Shown here: piece by piece, positions 11,608 through 24,585 of the stretch
Layout: each line of letters opens with the position of its first letter
How positions within the stretch are numbered: the first letter of the stretch is position 1
NCBI RefSeq assembly: GCF_001194135.2
Contig: NC_068989.1
Span: 61,264,985-61,314,736, forward strand
Direction: 5' to 3'
DNA: 49,752 nucleotides
DNA from: Octopus bimaculoides
Taxonomy: Eukaryota
Notes under the pieces: generated by a model
What the model was told of the DNA's origin: nothing
Databases searched by the model: none
The model's input: only the letters and a program-made list of their open reading frames with translations
Position numbers and translations under genes: made by a program

Positions 11608-14180
11608 TTCAAGAAAGTACATAAGTGGATACCAGAAATGCCAACTCAAGGAAAAGCAATCTAACGAAGTTTCTAAATGTCAAAAGCTATCAAACTATTT
11701 TACAATGTCAAGTAAAAGTAAAAGTTTATCATCATCTGCAACTGGAACAAGCCATGCACGAACCATGAGTGCTCTATAGCAGTAATCAACTTACTGTTGA
11801 GACCTATGATGCAGATGATGATCACAGTGGTCAAGAACTTCAAGAAAAAAAGAGAGCTGAAACAGGAAACAGAAAGCAAACTTAGCGATTTCAAAGAATG
11901 CAGTGACCTGGCACATTGGCCCGCAAGAATTGATAATGATTTCATATAAAATTGTTTCAATTCAAGACATCAGATTTTTTTCAAAATAAAAAAAAAACCC
12001 AGATAATGTATATACTGGATTCAACAAAATTTACAAACAGCAAAATCAAAGTTTCTGAAACAAGTACTTTGAAAACAATGATTGAAAAATGGTCAGATTG
12101 AAAAAATGGTCCTGATTAGTTTACTCATAGAACAAAGGCTGTATATACTGTTTCGTTTGCAAACACTTTTCTAAATGCCAAATATCAATTACAATGGATG
12201 GGTTTTCTGATTGTATGAATATACTCAGAACTCTAAAAAATCAGGAAGGTGACATGGAACATAACAGGGCAATGTTCAGCAAGCTAACTAAAATACTTCG
12301 GATCAACAACTTGAGAAACAATTGACAAATAACATGCAGTACTATTTTGAAGAACTAAAAAGAGTTGTGGCAGTTATAAATTTTTTAAGTGGAAGAAGTT
12401 CAGCACTTAGAGGTCATGAAAAAAGTGAGGTTCTCTAAACAAGGGAAATTTCATGGGGGGCATTGAGCTTCTTGCGGATTTTGACCCATTTTAACATGAA
12501 CATTTAGAGAAATGTAAAAATGTAAACGTAAATATTACTTACCCATCCAAATCTGTGTATGAAGAATTGATAGAAATGGGAAACATATGAAAGATGAAAT
12601 GATGAATCAAATCAACAACCTTGACACCAACTACTACAATTGACTCTACACCTGCCAACAGAAAACCATTCATGCAAGATCTTGTTCGACAAAATAACGG
12701 TTTCTGGAGGAGCAAAAGCTTTCTCTTGAAAATATCCACGGTCAGTTGTACGATAATGCTTCCAACATGAAGAGCACGGTGAAAGGGCTGCAATCATTTC
12801 TTAAAAACATTAATAGGTGCAAACCATTCACTCAACCTTGTTGGAGAAAAGACAGTGTCTACTGTACCTGAAGCTGTTGACTATTTTGTCATCTTGCGGC
12901 AGCAGTATGTTTTCTTTTCTGAATCTCCCCAAAGATGTCGAATTTTAAACACGCAGGGCAATCTAGACTTTTCTCTAACGAGCATAAGTGCAACTAGATA
13001 GCCTGCACACCATGAAGCAGTCCGCGAAATTAACAATGAATATAAGGATATTTTACAAGCTCTCAAAAATATGTTTGAAGACTCAGAAGAGAATCCTAAA
13101 TGTAAGCAAGATGCAAAAACTTTATACCATAAGTTGGCAAAATTGGAATATGCTGTTTTAACAGTCGTTTGGGAAAAAATATGGAGTGTTTTAACAATAG
13201 AATTAAGAAACTCCAAATCCCTGATTCTGATGTATTTGAAGGTTACCTTCTGCTAGCATCTTTACTTTCATTTGTTAAAGAACTACGAGACAATTCAGCC
13301 AACAGGATTGCACACTAGGAATCAGAAAAAGTTTATGTGAATATATTACCTCAAATTCTTCTGATGTTTCCAAATGCATTGTTACAAAGAAATTTCCGGA
13401 GGGTACAAGTAATAGGGCTTCTTTGAAAGGGGCTGAAAATTTAGGATAGAAATTCTAAATCAAGTCTGTGACTGCTCGATAATCCCGTTAAGCAAGTGAT
13501 TGGACCCATATGAGCAGATTGAAAAACGGTTCAAGTTTCTCTCAGAATTTATGAAACATTCAGAATTTGATCAGGACAGTATCAAACTTATAATATTGCA
13601 TTACAAAGATTTGAGCACAAATTAATAAATGAGTGTTATCAGATCAAAGAGTATTTACACCCTAGGAAATCGCGGAACACAGACGAAAACACCATATAAA
13701 TTGCAGCGCACAGTTCCTTAGCTTATTTATGAGCAATAGTCAATTGAATTGTACCCTAATATTCTTTTCTACTCTAGGCACAATGCCCAAAATTGTGGGG
13801 GAGGAGGCCAGCCGATTATAGTGACCCCTGAGTGCAACTGGTACTTAATTCATGGACCCTGAAAGGATAAATTGCAGAATCGACCTCGGCGGAATTTGAA
13901 CTCAGAACGTAAAGCCAGACAAAATACTGCTAAGCATTTCGCCTGGCGTGCTCACGTTTTTGCCAGCTAACAACCTTAGTGTTCCCTAATATTACCACTG
14001 CACTTAAGCTGTACTTGACAATGCCTATCGCAAGCTGTGAAGCAGAAATCAGCTCCTCAAACTTTCCTTTATAAATTTCGGTCTACCATGACTGCAGAGC
14101 ACTTAAATTCCTTATGCATATTGACAAAACTGTAAGAGAATACGTTGCTATAGAAAACAGTAAAAGGAGCATTTTGTACT
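11608..14180 (+). mobile_element. hAT-superfamily DNA transposon, transposase pseudogene (ZMYM1-like / DUF4371 type)
   Basis: Ordered motifs across frameshifts and stops: SRKYISGYQK; DLAHWP; CIYCF..CK (TTF-type zinc finger); LKRVVAVINFLSGRSSALRGHE; NKGNFMGGIELLADFDPF; IDSTP (first catalytic D); GQLYDNASNM (second D); NHSLNLVG; ATR*; and the C-terminal dimerisation motif YPNITTALKLYLTMPIASCEAE...KFRSTMTAEHLNSL. TIRs were not identified. Confidence 0.9.
13764..13977 (-). mobile_element. tRNA-derived SINE (family A) inserted in the hAT dimerisation domain
   Basis: Carries GTCGACCTCGGCGGAATTTGAACTCAGAACGT-type body, the reverse complement of the 33829 copy. Flanked by a 16-bp TSD with 2 mismatches: ATTGTACCCTAATATT (13748-13763) and AGTGTTCCCTAATATT (13978-13993). 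Confidence 0.92.
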
Positions 14181-15477
14181 TTTCATATGTATCTTAAATA
14201 TAAGATTAATATTAGATTATATCAACTGAAGTATTTGTTATGTTTCATATTTCTATTCTATGATGTATGATGCATGTCCATAACTCTTCCCTAATTTTCA
14301 ACCCAATAACTCTGAAAGTATAAGGCATAGCCTGGAAAATATTTGTTCACACCAGTGACTTGGAGAATAGCAATCTGAAATATAGTGCCATGGAACAACC
14401 ATATCGACAAAGATATCGGTGTTTACCCACTCCTCGTTTCTGGTGGAAAGAGAACACAGTGTCAGACTCATTTTAAAGACTCCACATCACCACTCCACTA
14501 TTTGGGCTATAAGGACCTCAAGGCTGGAGTCCCATGCAAGGGAACGAAAATTCTTTGATCCTTGTTGGATGTTACCTTACTGTTGCTGGTTGGAAAGGAG
14601 GATCCCAATGTTGTAGATATTGCTGCGCAAAGCATTAATTTTCATGCATTCCTTAAAAGATGAGTTAGTCCATTTGAAGGTTTTCCGCAGCTCATATTAG
14701 TTCATATAAGAACTATAGCACCGAACCTCGTTCACACAACAGTGGCATTTTAGAAATGTCTACTTGGTTATATCCTTCACAGTTTGAAATTATAGACATA
14801 CGTTATGTAGGTATACTATGAAATTCAGCCCATTAGATATTTCATATTGGCGTAATAGATATTTTTCTTTAATATTTTGTCATTTATGAGAACATAATAA
14901 AAAACAACAGATACATATTTTCGAATATATGTATGGAAATGTTTATTTTAAAAGAAATCAAGCAGGAACATGATTTATTTACTCCTTGGCATAATACGAA
15001 ACTGGGCTTGACATTAGCGGGTTACCAAACTATGGCGAGAGGAATTTAAAATTCTATCAAAAACTATTGCGGTCTCAAGAAAAGGTTAGTCATATGAAGA
15101 GAATGATTTATTGGGATTAGAACTACTTGCTTTTCATTGGAAACCGAATTACGTCAGTACTCAACATGCTATGATAGAGAATATGCTTCTCTACCAAACG
15201 AATTCAGTCACTCATAATGACTATCAAATACAAGTATCAACAGTCCAATAGATAATTCTCCTGAGAGAATTGTGGAAATCAAGAACCAAAACCCAGTCAA
15301 AATCAAAATAATATGACAGAGATAGGACGGCCACTGTTATTCAGATGCACAGTGGCCGATTACGAAAAACAGAAGTTAGTAAAGAATGAAAAAAAAAATC
15401 TCAAAATGAAAGGTCCATTACGATTTGACCAAAGATTTACTATTTATAGCAAAAATCCGCTATATAAAGCAATCATA

Positions 15478-15665
15478 TTGACGGGGATCGATATGAAATA
15501 TTGATCTGGTGTTATTCGTGATACATCAAACTGCAAAATAACGTGTAGCACAGATTGAAACTCCAAGCTTTAAAGAGGCGAGCAATCAATTTCAGTAACC
15601 TCGATATACAGAAATATTCATTCTTTCTTGTAATTTGGACATTCAATGACATATAGTATTGTGTT
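15478..15665. repeat. Direct repeat, copy 1 (~185 bp)
   Basis: Ungapped match to 16841-17028 at offset 1363, with 8 mismatches over 185 bp by manual alignment. Confidence 0.95.
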
Positions 15666-16307
15666 GCACGTACAAACAGATAACAGCTGGACGCTAAGCA
15701 CCAGCATCGCAAGAACGCAATACCAATGTAAATTATTTCTTCCTTTATATAGGCAGTTGAAAGAAAATGTCAGAAAACTGAATATTATCAACTCAGACTG
15801 GAAGAAGCTTTCGCTTAGTCGTTTCTAGATTGAGAGATATATGATTCATTGTATTAATAGCCTTACTTCAGGTGATTCTAAAAATTTCGAAACAGAAATG
15901 CAGGGTAATACATCTCTGACGCTCAAACATAGTAGCGGAAATAATCTGAAAATACCTCCCCTAACTCTGGATAATTACTTTTTGAGCCAGCAAATGTGAA
16001 TTCATCATAGATTATCAGATTCACCAGAAGGTTTCGGCTAGAAGGATTCTCAAGAAAGAAAATGCTGTTAAATATCCTCAACAGTTCAGAATATTTGTTA
16101 TCGGAAGAGATTATAAGAACCAGAAGCAACAATAATTTTCATATTAATCCTACACAATATAAAGTGTTATGACAATATATAAGGTAATACCATAATTGTA
16201 AATATCAAGACTAGGAAAATTATAACCAGTTCTGATGATTTCAGCATCAGTAATAAAACAGGCAAGATTTATGTTAATCGAAGGGATGGTTACTACGGTA
16301 TACAGTT

Positions 16308-16323
16308 ACACACACACACACAC

Positions 16324-16368
<45 letters not shown>
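16308..16368. repeat. (CA)n microsatellite
   Basis: Read directly. Confidence 0.95.
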
Positions 16369-16370
<2 letters not shown>

Positions 16371-16840
16371 CACAAACACACACAGAAACATAAGCACAAA
16401 CATAGGCGGAGACGCAAGCACACACACTCTCAAAACCATTGGAGAAAACGAGCAATAAAATATTCGTTAAGTTTCCTGTTTTATCATACCTTTAGATGGC
16501 AGTGAAGGAGTTGTATATTGATAATCCAATACTATGACGTATTAACTTGATTCAATTCACTTGTATTCATATATAGAGAGACAAAGCTAGTAAACAAAGA
16601 TAGTAAGTTTCATCACAATTATTTGCTGAGCTAATTTTGTGGCAAGAATAAATAATTAGCCCTAAAAGACGCGAAGATAAATCCAAATCACAATCGATAA
16701 TCCTTTGTGTAGCGAGTGACTTACCTCAAGTAAGTTTCCCACACCCTGAATGTGGTAAATTCGATCATGACATAAAATATGGTGGCATGTGGGCAAGAAT
16801 TGGGCAGTGCCAAGCTAAACTCTACAATATGCGTGTCTGA

Positions 16841-17028
16841 TTGACGGGGATCGATACGAAATATTGATCTGGTGTTATTCGTGACACATCAAACTGCAAA
16901 ATAACATGTAGCACAGATTGAAACTCCTAGCTTTAAAGAGGCGAGCAATCAATTTCAATAACCTCGATATACAGAAATATTCATTCTTTCATGTAATTTG
17001 GACATTCGATGACGTATAGTATTGTATT
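16841..17028. repeat. Direct repeat, copy 2 (~185 bp); the minus strand resembles a PLE GIY-YIG fragment
   Basis: Partner of 15478-15665. The minus strand reads ITCCSE/TILYVIECPNY.KE, resembling the PLE consensus TCxSxNvIYxIxC...YIGxT. The GIY-YIG reading is much less certain than the repeat itself. Confidence 0.9.
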
Positions 17029-17088
17029 CACTGCAACATGTAATCTTCACTGCGACAAGCGATCTTCACTGCAGCATGCAATCTTCAG
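17027..17088. repeat. 19-bp minisatellite, 3.3 copies
   Basis: TTCACTGCAACATGTAATC / TTCACTGCGACAAGCGATC / TTCACTGCAGCATGCAATC / TTCAG. Confidence 0.9.
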
Positions 17089-18424
17089 TCAAATATATAT
17101 GAAAATAAATTTGTCTTACGCTTTCTTTACGTTACAGGTTTATAATTTGGATTAAAACTATTATCTATGTATTTTCTATTTCTAAACTAATGTCATATAG
17201 CTTGTTTCTAAACATCAGTCAAGGAAATTCTATAGAATGATAGAGAAGTATATAGCATTTAAATAAGTGTCCTATATTCGTATACTTATTGCTTTCATGA
17301 TACACATGAGCCTTTCGAGAAAAAAGTGCTTTTATTTCAGATGCTTGTAAAACTTGGAATCATAGATTTTTTTCTAAATCGCTCTTAAAGAAGAGAAAAA
17401 TATGAATATAGCTTAGAGTTTCTATCATTAAAAACGTGAGCAATTTTCTAATGGAAATGTTCATATCAATTCGGTACATACGTAATAGTAAGGAATCATT
17501 CGCATAAATGCAATTCATACTAAAATTCGAACTTTAAATGCTGCAAAACAACTTTGAGCTTTACAAAAGAAATTAATATTAATGAAGTAACTGAAAACAA
17601 AAATCATGCATTTTGCCGTAATATATCTATTGTCCCATGGAAATTAAATTATACTAAATCACTTTATTAAATGCTGTTTCATGGTAGGAACAAGCTGAAA
17701 ATCCTTTAATTCTTATGGATAGTATATCAGTTGCTTCATCAACAACTTAATTAACAAGGAGAGTTGATATCGTGTAGATACTTAAGTATTAATGTATTAT
17801 ATATTAAGCATCAATTTTATAAAAAAAAAAAGAAAAATCATGCACATACTTAAATTATAATTAAAGCTATAACTGTTACAATATTTCACTATGCACATAA
17901 CAAAAAAAAAACATGTCAAACTATATTCTTTACCATTAAATCTAAATAATACATCAGATTCCTAGTTTATTAATCTTCTTTTAATGACTATAATGTAGAT
18001 TGAGCATTTTATTGTAAACCTTTTTCCGAATTTTCTCTTGGATTTAACAAGAGCTTTCATCGCATTCTAGAAGATTTATATAAGGTTTCAATGATATAGC
18101 AACAATAAAACGAAAAGAAAGTGCTGTTGAATTAGGCAAATAACAAATTTAAAACACTGCAAATAGTTAAAACCACTTGATAACATTTTAAATCAATGTC
18201 TGAACTATATTAATTACACAGAGTCGTGGAGAAAATAATTATTACTTTTTGAGAAATTTTTCGTTTGTATCGATTTCTTACATTGATACGATGGGATTTT
18301 AAAAAGTTATTTGCAAGGGATTCAGTTTGTCTACAGCTGAGTAGACTGATATGAAAACTGAGCGATTTCAAGCCGAATTCAGTATGCAATTTACTATCTT
18401 CTATCTCCTTCAGTCTAATATTAG

Positions 18425-19748
18425 TTTGAAATTTTTGGCGCAAGTCTATCAATTTTAGGAGAGCAGAGCTAGTCGAGTACATTGGCCCAAAATACGCAAT
18501 TGGTACTTATTTTAGTGAACCCGAAAAGACGCAAAGTCGACACTGTTGACATTTGAACACAGAAGTAAGGATTTTAAGAACGCTGCTAAGCACTTATAAT
18601 CAATTTATTAGCTTTAAATTTTTGGCGCAAGGGCAACAATTACGAGGTCGGTGGTAATTCTATTGTATCAATTTCAATGTTAAACTGGTACTAATGTTAT
18701 TAACTCTGAAAGCATTAATGGCAAAGTCGACCCTAGCAGCATTTGAACTCAGAGTATAATGTCGGAAGAGATGCTGCTAAGCTTTTGTCCAGTGCAGAAA
18801 ATATTCTGGCATATCGCAACCTTATTTACATTCGAATATTAATCTTGAATGTTGGTAAAAGGTTAGCAATTTTGGGAGAAGAGATAAATCGATTTTATCA
18901 ATTCCAGTGTTCAACTCGGACATATTTTACCAAATCTGAAATGATAAAAGGCAGAGACGAACTCAGCAGAATTTGAATTCAGAGGGTAAATACGGACGAA
19001 ATGCCGCTAAGCATTTTTCCCGGCATGTTAAGGGTTCTGCTAGCCCCACGCCTTATTTCCTCTCGGATATTGCTTTCAAATTTTGGTACAAGACCAGTGG
19101 TTTCTGGTGAGGGGATAAATCGGTAAAATCAACACCAGTACTATACTGGTATTTATTTTATCGACTTCGAATGGATGAAAGGCAATGTCAGTTTCGGCAG
19201 AGTTTGAACTCAGAATGTAAAAGAGGATGAACTGCCACTAAGCATTTTGCCTGGCGTGCTAAGGGTTCTACCAGTTTGCTGCCTTATTTCCATTCGGAAA
19301 TATGTTTCAAATGATGGCAGAAGGTCAACAATTTTGTGTGTGAGCGTGTGTGTTGAGGGGTATAAATCGATTACATCGATTCCAGTGTTAAATTTACTTT
19401 ACCGAATCCTAAAGGATGAAATGCAGAGACGACATAAGCGGAATTTGAACTCAGAACGTAAAGACAGTCGAAATGCCTCTAACAATTTTACGTGGCGTGC
19501 TAATTATTCTGCCTGTTCGCCGCCTTAATACTGATTTCAAATTTTAATATAAAGTCAGCAATTTTGTGGGAAGGGTTTAAGTCGATTACATCCACCCTAG
19601 TGCTCAACTGGTACTTATTTTATCGACCCCGAAAGTTTGAAGGGCAAAGCCGACCTTAACGGAATTTGAACTTAGAATGCAAGGATGGACGAAATGCAGC
19701 TAAGCATTTTGTTCGGCGTTCTCACGATTCTGCCAGCTTGCTGCCTTA
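18425..19748 (-). mobile_element. Head-to-tail array of six tRNA-derived SINEs (family A)
   Basis: Units at ~18425-18595, 18612-18824, 18845-19055, 19068-19286, 19301-19527 and 19531-19748. Each has a tail like TTTCAAATTTTGGCACAAG, a body like GAATTTGAACTCAGAA..GCTAAGCA and (except the first) a head ending ..GCCTTA. Spacers are roughly 4-20 bp. Confidence 0.9.
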
Positions 19749-21649
19749 TTTCCATTAAAATTTTACAAAGTGATTTCATTCGTTTCGCGTAACTGTGAAG
19801 AAAACTTCTAAAAGTGAAATAATGTACATAACCTTTAGTAAAGATCAGTATCTCTCACCGGGCTATTAACTTTTATGCAGAATTGGCAATATAATACTCA
19901 GACCTCTCCATTTTCCCGTCTACTAACGCTGTATTGGATTAAAGCTATTAGATTAGCTTCATAATGGAAATTAAACTGGTCAGATTAGAATTGGTATGAG
20001 TGAAATATACCTATTTTGTAGACACTTTATCATATTTCCGGCTTATTAAAAATTTGAATACTAATTAAATATTAATGCGAAACTTACGGATATCTAGGTC
20101 TATGAAATGATATACGATGTCCATGACATTCTCAGCTGCCAGGGTAATAGAAATATCATAATTCCTATGTGAATCGAAAGTTGGACGTCAGCATATTGAT
20201 TTATAGGGAATTATGTTAGTTTATGTAATCTATTGAGCATATATTTTATAAGGTAACTACGCAGTTCCCTAAATACTAAGGCTTCGCTTGTAAGCTATTC
20301 TATATTCCTTTGACTGATGGTTCCTAATGTGTCTTCTGTTTGAAAATATTTTTTTAAATTTCATGACTACTTTTGTCCGGTCACTAATCCCGAGAATATA
20401 AGAGAATTTTAACTTAACCTATATTTTAAGTTTTATGATATTACTTAGCCAAGTAGTTTATATAATTTTTGAATTTTATTAATCAATATTATTTATATTA
20501 TAACATTTGCTTTGAACTTGCAATAAAATAAATTTTCCTATTTCTCTTAATGGACTAACTTCCAAATGTAGCGTGTATTCTATTGTTTAGTTTTCCTGTC
20601 AATATTTATTTTGTTTTGAGCAAAGTCATCAATAATATGCAGTCTTTTGGAAAATAGTACTATGGGATCAAAGCTATGAAAGAAATCGTTATTATATTGG
20701 ATTTTGTGCAGAGCTTTCAAATGGGCTTTATTTAAAAAAAAAAAATTCAGTATTCATAAATGTTTGCTTGACAAAAATTGAAATTGCAATATAATTTTAA
20801 AAAGTGCATGTCATTGCCAAATCTCTTAGACGGGTAGTTGAAATTATATAGAAACTATATAGCTTTGAAATGTTTAACAACATTTGATTTATGATGACAA
20901 CCTGTGTTTTAAACACATATGCATTCTCTAATATTTTACTAATGTGGTTGTATTTTTTGTATTATACTTGCTGCCTTCAAATGCAAACGTTTAAATGAAA
21001 GTATATATTCATTGTTAAATCGAAATTGACAAAAATTACTACTATAGCGTGGACATCGGAGGTCCTAAATGTAAAACGTTAATACATAGCGGCAAGTACA
21101 TTAAATCAACGTTTTCGAAGTGAAAGTATTCTCGAGTGAATGATTAGGGGTAAAATACTACTGTAAATGAAAAGCACGAATGTGTTAAAGCTACAGACAA
21201 ACAACAAACATGCTTCCCACGATTATGCATATTGCAAACAAATATTTTCTCTTATGAGATCTATTCACACTTAGAGGAACATAACCTACTCCATAACGAA
21301 AATATCAAACGCGGGAAAAATTAAAGAAAGGTAAAAACGAAATATTGCTAAAAAGATGAAATTAAGAAAGTGCAACAGAAGTAAAGGCTTGAAGAGCAAC
21401 TACCAGCAGGCATGTGACATCTAGTATTTTAAAACACTCTGTAAGTTTAAAATTGCAAATAACGTCTCTAAACCAATAACTGTAAATACGGGTGGTTGAG
21501 AAACGGAACCCACTGCAGGAAGGCATCCATTAAAAAAAAAAGAACTCAAAATAGATCAGAATAACTTTCAAGGTAGTAGACAATCCTTTCTAATCTGCGT
21601 TATTGATTTTGTCACATTTTCTTTAGTATCAAAATACGTAAAAGGTGGA

Positions 21650-24240
21650 TATAATTTTATAAGCAGCCAGCGGATTATTAAACCTAAATTTCATGGAAGA
21701 CCCAAAGCTATACAACATAACTTAGAGGTAAAAAGAAATCATTGTAAATACTGTAAAAGGTTTTAGCAATATCAAGATGGGATTTTGTATTTCTAAAGCA
21801 AAACTTCCATAAACATGCGGTACTGAATTTACTGAATGGGGCGATGATGCAGCTCATTGATGAACATATGGATATTAATACAGGAGTCTTGGAAGCTCGT
21901 TGTATAAAAAGGAAACAAGAAGAAGTTATATCAGGAAAGAATATTTTCCAGGCAAGAAGGAAAATACTAAAATTCAAAAATGATTTTAAAAATACTTAAA
22001 ATTACTGAAACTCAGGAGCCGTATTCCATTAGGGTACAGCGAGGGCTTAAGTAAATGGATAAAAGACCGTCTTTAAAACTTTGACAAAACATCAAGAAAT
22101 TGCTGACAATGTACATAGTCTTACTCTGGATAGATTGTACTGTAATAGAAATGTCGTATAAAAATAGGCAAAAGTATACAAGATTTCTTTAGAAATCTGT
22201 TGAGGGCATTATGAGAACTAACGGAAACGAAAAAGTGAAAATATCAGAGAAAGAAGCCAATGATCGGAACTGTAACAGATCATGGAAAGTTGTTTTCAAA
22301 CTTCCGAAAGGCATAATAAACAGAATTCATTTCAATGGCGAAAGAAGTGAGTGCTTAAGAAAGAAAATGAAGGATTGACTCAATCTGTGCAGTACCAAGT
22401 AAAATATGTTACAACAGGAAAACATCGATAAGGAAGTAATCTTAACTGAATGTAGAATGCGCAATGAAAGAAAAGAGAGTTTTGTCTATAGCATCTTCAT
22501 TTAAATTGCCCTCTCAAAGTCTGTAAAAAATTATGGACATGATAACGTTATTACAACTATATAATGGCAACTCTAAAAAAAATTGCAAAACGATATTAAC
22601 ATAGAAGAAACAATCTGGAAAATGACCATTTAAATGTATTGTGGGATATTAAAGTACAAAAGTATGGGCAGACAGAATATTCAACCAGCATATTGTCTAA
22701 ACTATAGAGGCGAAAATATGTGCTGCTTAATCGATAATGCGGGTCGGATTCATACATGAGTACAGCGTGTTCTTTATCCAGAAAGCCTATTTTCCTAATG
22801 TAGGAAGAACAATAAGAAATGTGTCAGACAACAAAATCTGCCGGGTACAACTTGATATCCAGCAACAATGATACGTGTATGACTACACTGTTATCCTGAT
22901 TAATAAAAAAAAAAAATTATGGTCACTCACATCCTTTCAGTATCTGTAGTAGGGAGTGCTCAAGCACAAAGTCTGTACAAACATATTTTAGATTTCAACC
23001 TGACAACCTGACACAACCTGACACGTCCCACTACGATGGGCAAGCTTTCCAAAAGAAATTGTAGCCTTAAATAATCCAACATTAATTTAGTCAACAAGTG
23101 TCCTCTAAAAGTTCACTCATGGGTTTTTCTTTCATCAGAATTTTAGACAAACCTTATTCATGGACCACTTGAACAGGATAGACTTCCTGACCTACAGAAA
23201 ATTGTAACTGGGCCCCTTCTGCAAACTCATGCGGTGTTTATTTTTTATATCAAATCATGTTATGCGAGTAGGGTTGCGATACATGTGCCTGTGTAAACTT
23301 TACAGACTGTTAGTCAAGATGGTTATGCTGTGCTTTGTACAATTGTTTACCAGTGTCATTGTGATGGCATGCGCTACTCTTTCACTCAAGAATGATAATA
23401 ATGAGTATGATGATGGCTGGGGAACTCCTTACATGACAAAAACTAATATAAGCTAAACAGAAAAGACATAGAGAGAATAAATTACAACTCTGTATGAGAA
23501 GCTTTTTTAATTTCGCACAAAATAGCATCCCGATCTGAAACCACAAAAGATACGTAATGACAAAAAGTAAAGAAAGAAACTGTAGAATATGTACTGATAG
23601 AGAAGAAACAATAAATCATATTATCTGTGGTTGCCCAATGCTGGTCTAGAAGGAATAAATCCACATACATGATAGACCTATATATACTGGTATTTGTGCC
23701 AGCAGTACTGAATGATAGCTGGAAGAAAATGGCGTAGATGTACCCAGAAAAGCAATCATACTGTGAGATATTCTAATACACATACGTAGGTAGTTCCAAG
23801 TTAATTGTCCAGATATTGTTTTCAGAGATTACCAAGAGAAAAATTACTTCTAATCGGCATGTTATTATCAACAGGTGACAATCCATTTCAAGAAAAATTG
23901 AAGAAAATTCTTGAAATGTAATGATCTAGAAACAGGGATAGCCTGAATACAGGGCCTGAAGAAAGAAATAAGCCCTTTAATGACAGGTGCATTATGCATG
24001 ATTAACAGCATACAGAAAAAAACAGCACACACCGTCCAAACAGGACTTACGAACATATAATACATATTTAAAAAATAGCATTATTAGCCACTGCACATCT
24101 ACATAAATCATTTTCAATACAGTAAAAACAACAACACTAAAACAAATCACAGCAAATGCCCATGGCGCACATTGTGCATTCGGTACAGCATTGAAGGCAC
24201 ATAATAAAATTAAAAATACTATACAGCAACAACAATAATG
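21650..24240 (+). mobile_element. Degenerate R4/Dong-type non-LTR retrotransposon (RT, CCHC and REL endonuclease), probably a mosaic of fragments
   Basis: FMEDPKLY (the YMDDLKLY RT core), TVKGFSN.IKMG, KLLTM..DRLY, CRICTDREETINHIICGCPML (CCHC), PDIVFRDYQEK (REL), and KIALLATAHL before the stop. Followed by a 3' UTR and an (AAC)/(AAT) tail. Confidence 0.8.
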
Positions 24241-24585
24241 ATAAGAGCTCCGGGCTAAATAACAACATAAACGTGCACTAAGAATCTTTATCCACAAAAC
24301 GAATTTAATCCAACAATATCGGTGAAACGGAAAGAAAACTTCTCAATAAATCTGCTGGAAATTTTCTTTTAAAGCAAAATAAATCAAATCCGAAAGACCA
24401 TTGTTATATAAATCATAGTTTCTTTTATGCACGATATCTTATTGTGACATGTACAGAAAACCAAAACCAACCTCATAAACTCTGGGGAAATGCCACTAAA
24501 TACGCAGTATCTACGTAAATTAATTAATGAAATATATATCCAACTGTCTATGCATATATGTACACATTAATATTTATAAACAACA

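Noticed and set aside
11169-14500. Possible hAT TIR pair CAGTGTGGAGTGG (11169) and CCACTCCACTA (14490-14500)
   Set aside because: Only a 9-bp core matches, with a 2-nt offset, and the 8-bp flanks (CTCAGTGT and TTTGGGCT) are not a TSD.
15478-17030. LTR retrotransposon or TRIM interpretation of the 185-bp direct repeats
   Set aside because: A TG start is present, but there is no matching TSD, no PBS after copy 1 and no polypurine tract before copy 2.
17027-17088. CRISPR-like reading of short repeats (also the SINE array at 18.4-19.7 kb)
   Set aside because: The 19-bp units are contiguous with no spacers, the SINE units are long and homologous throughout, there are no cas genes, and the context is eukaryotic.
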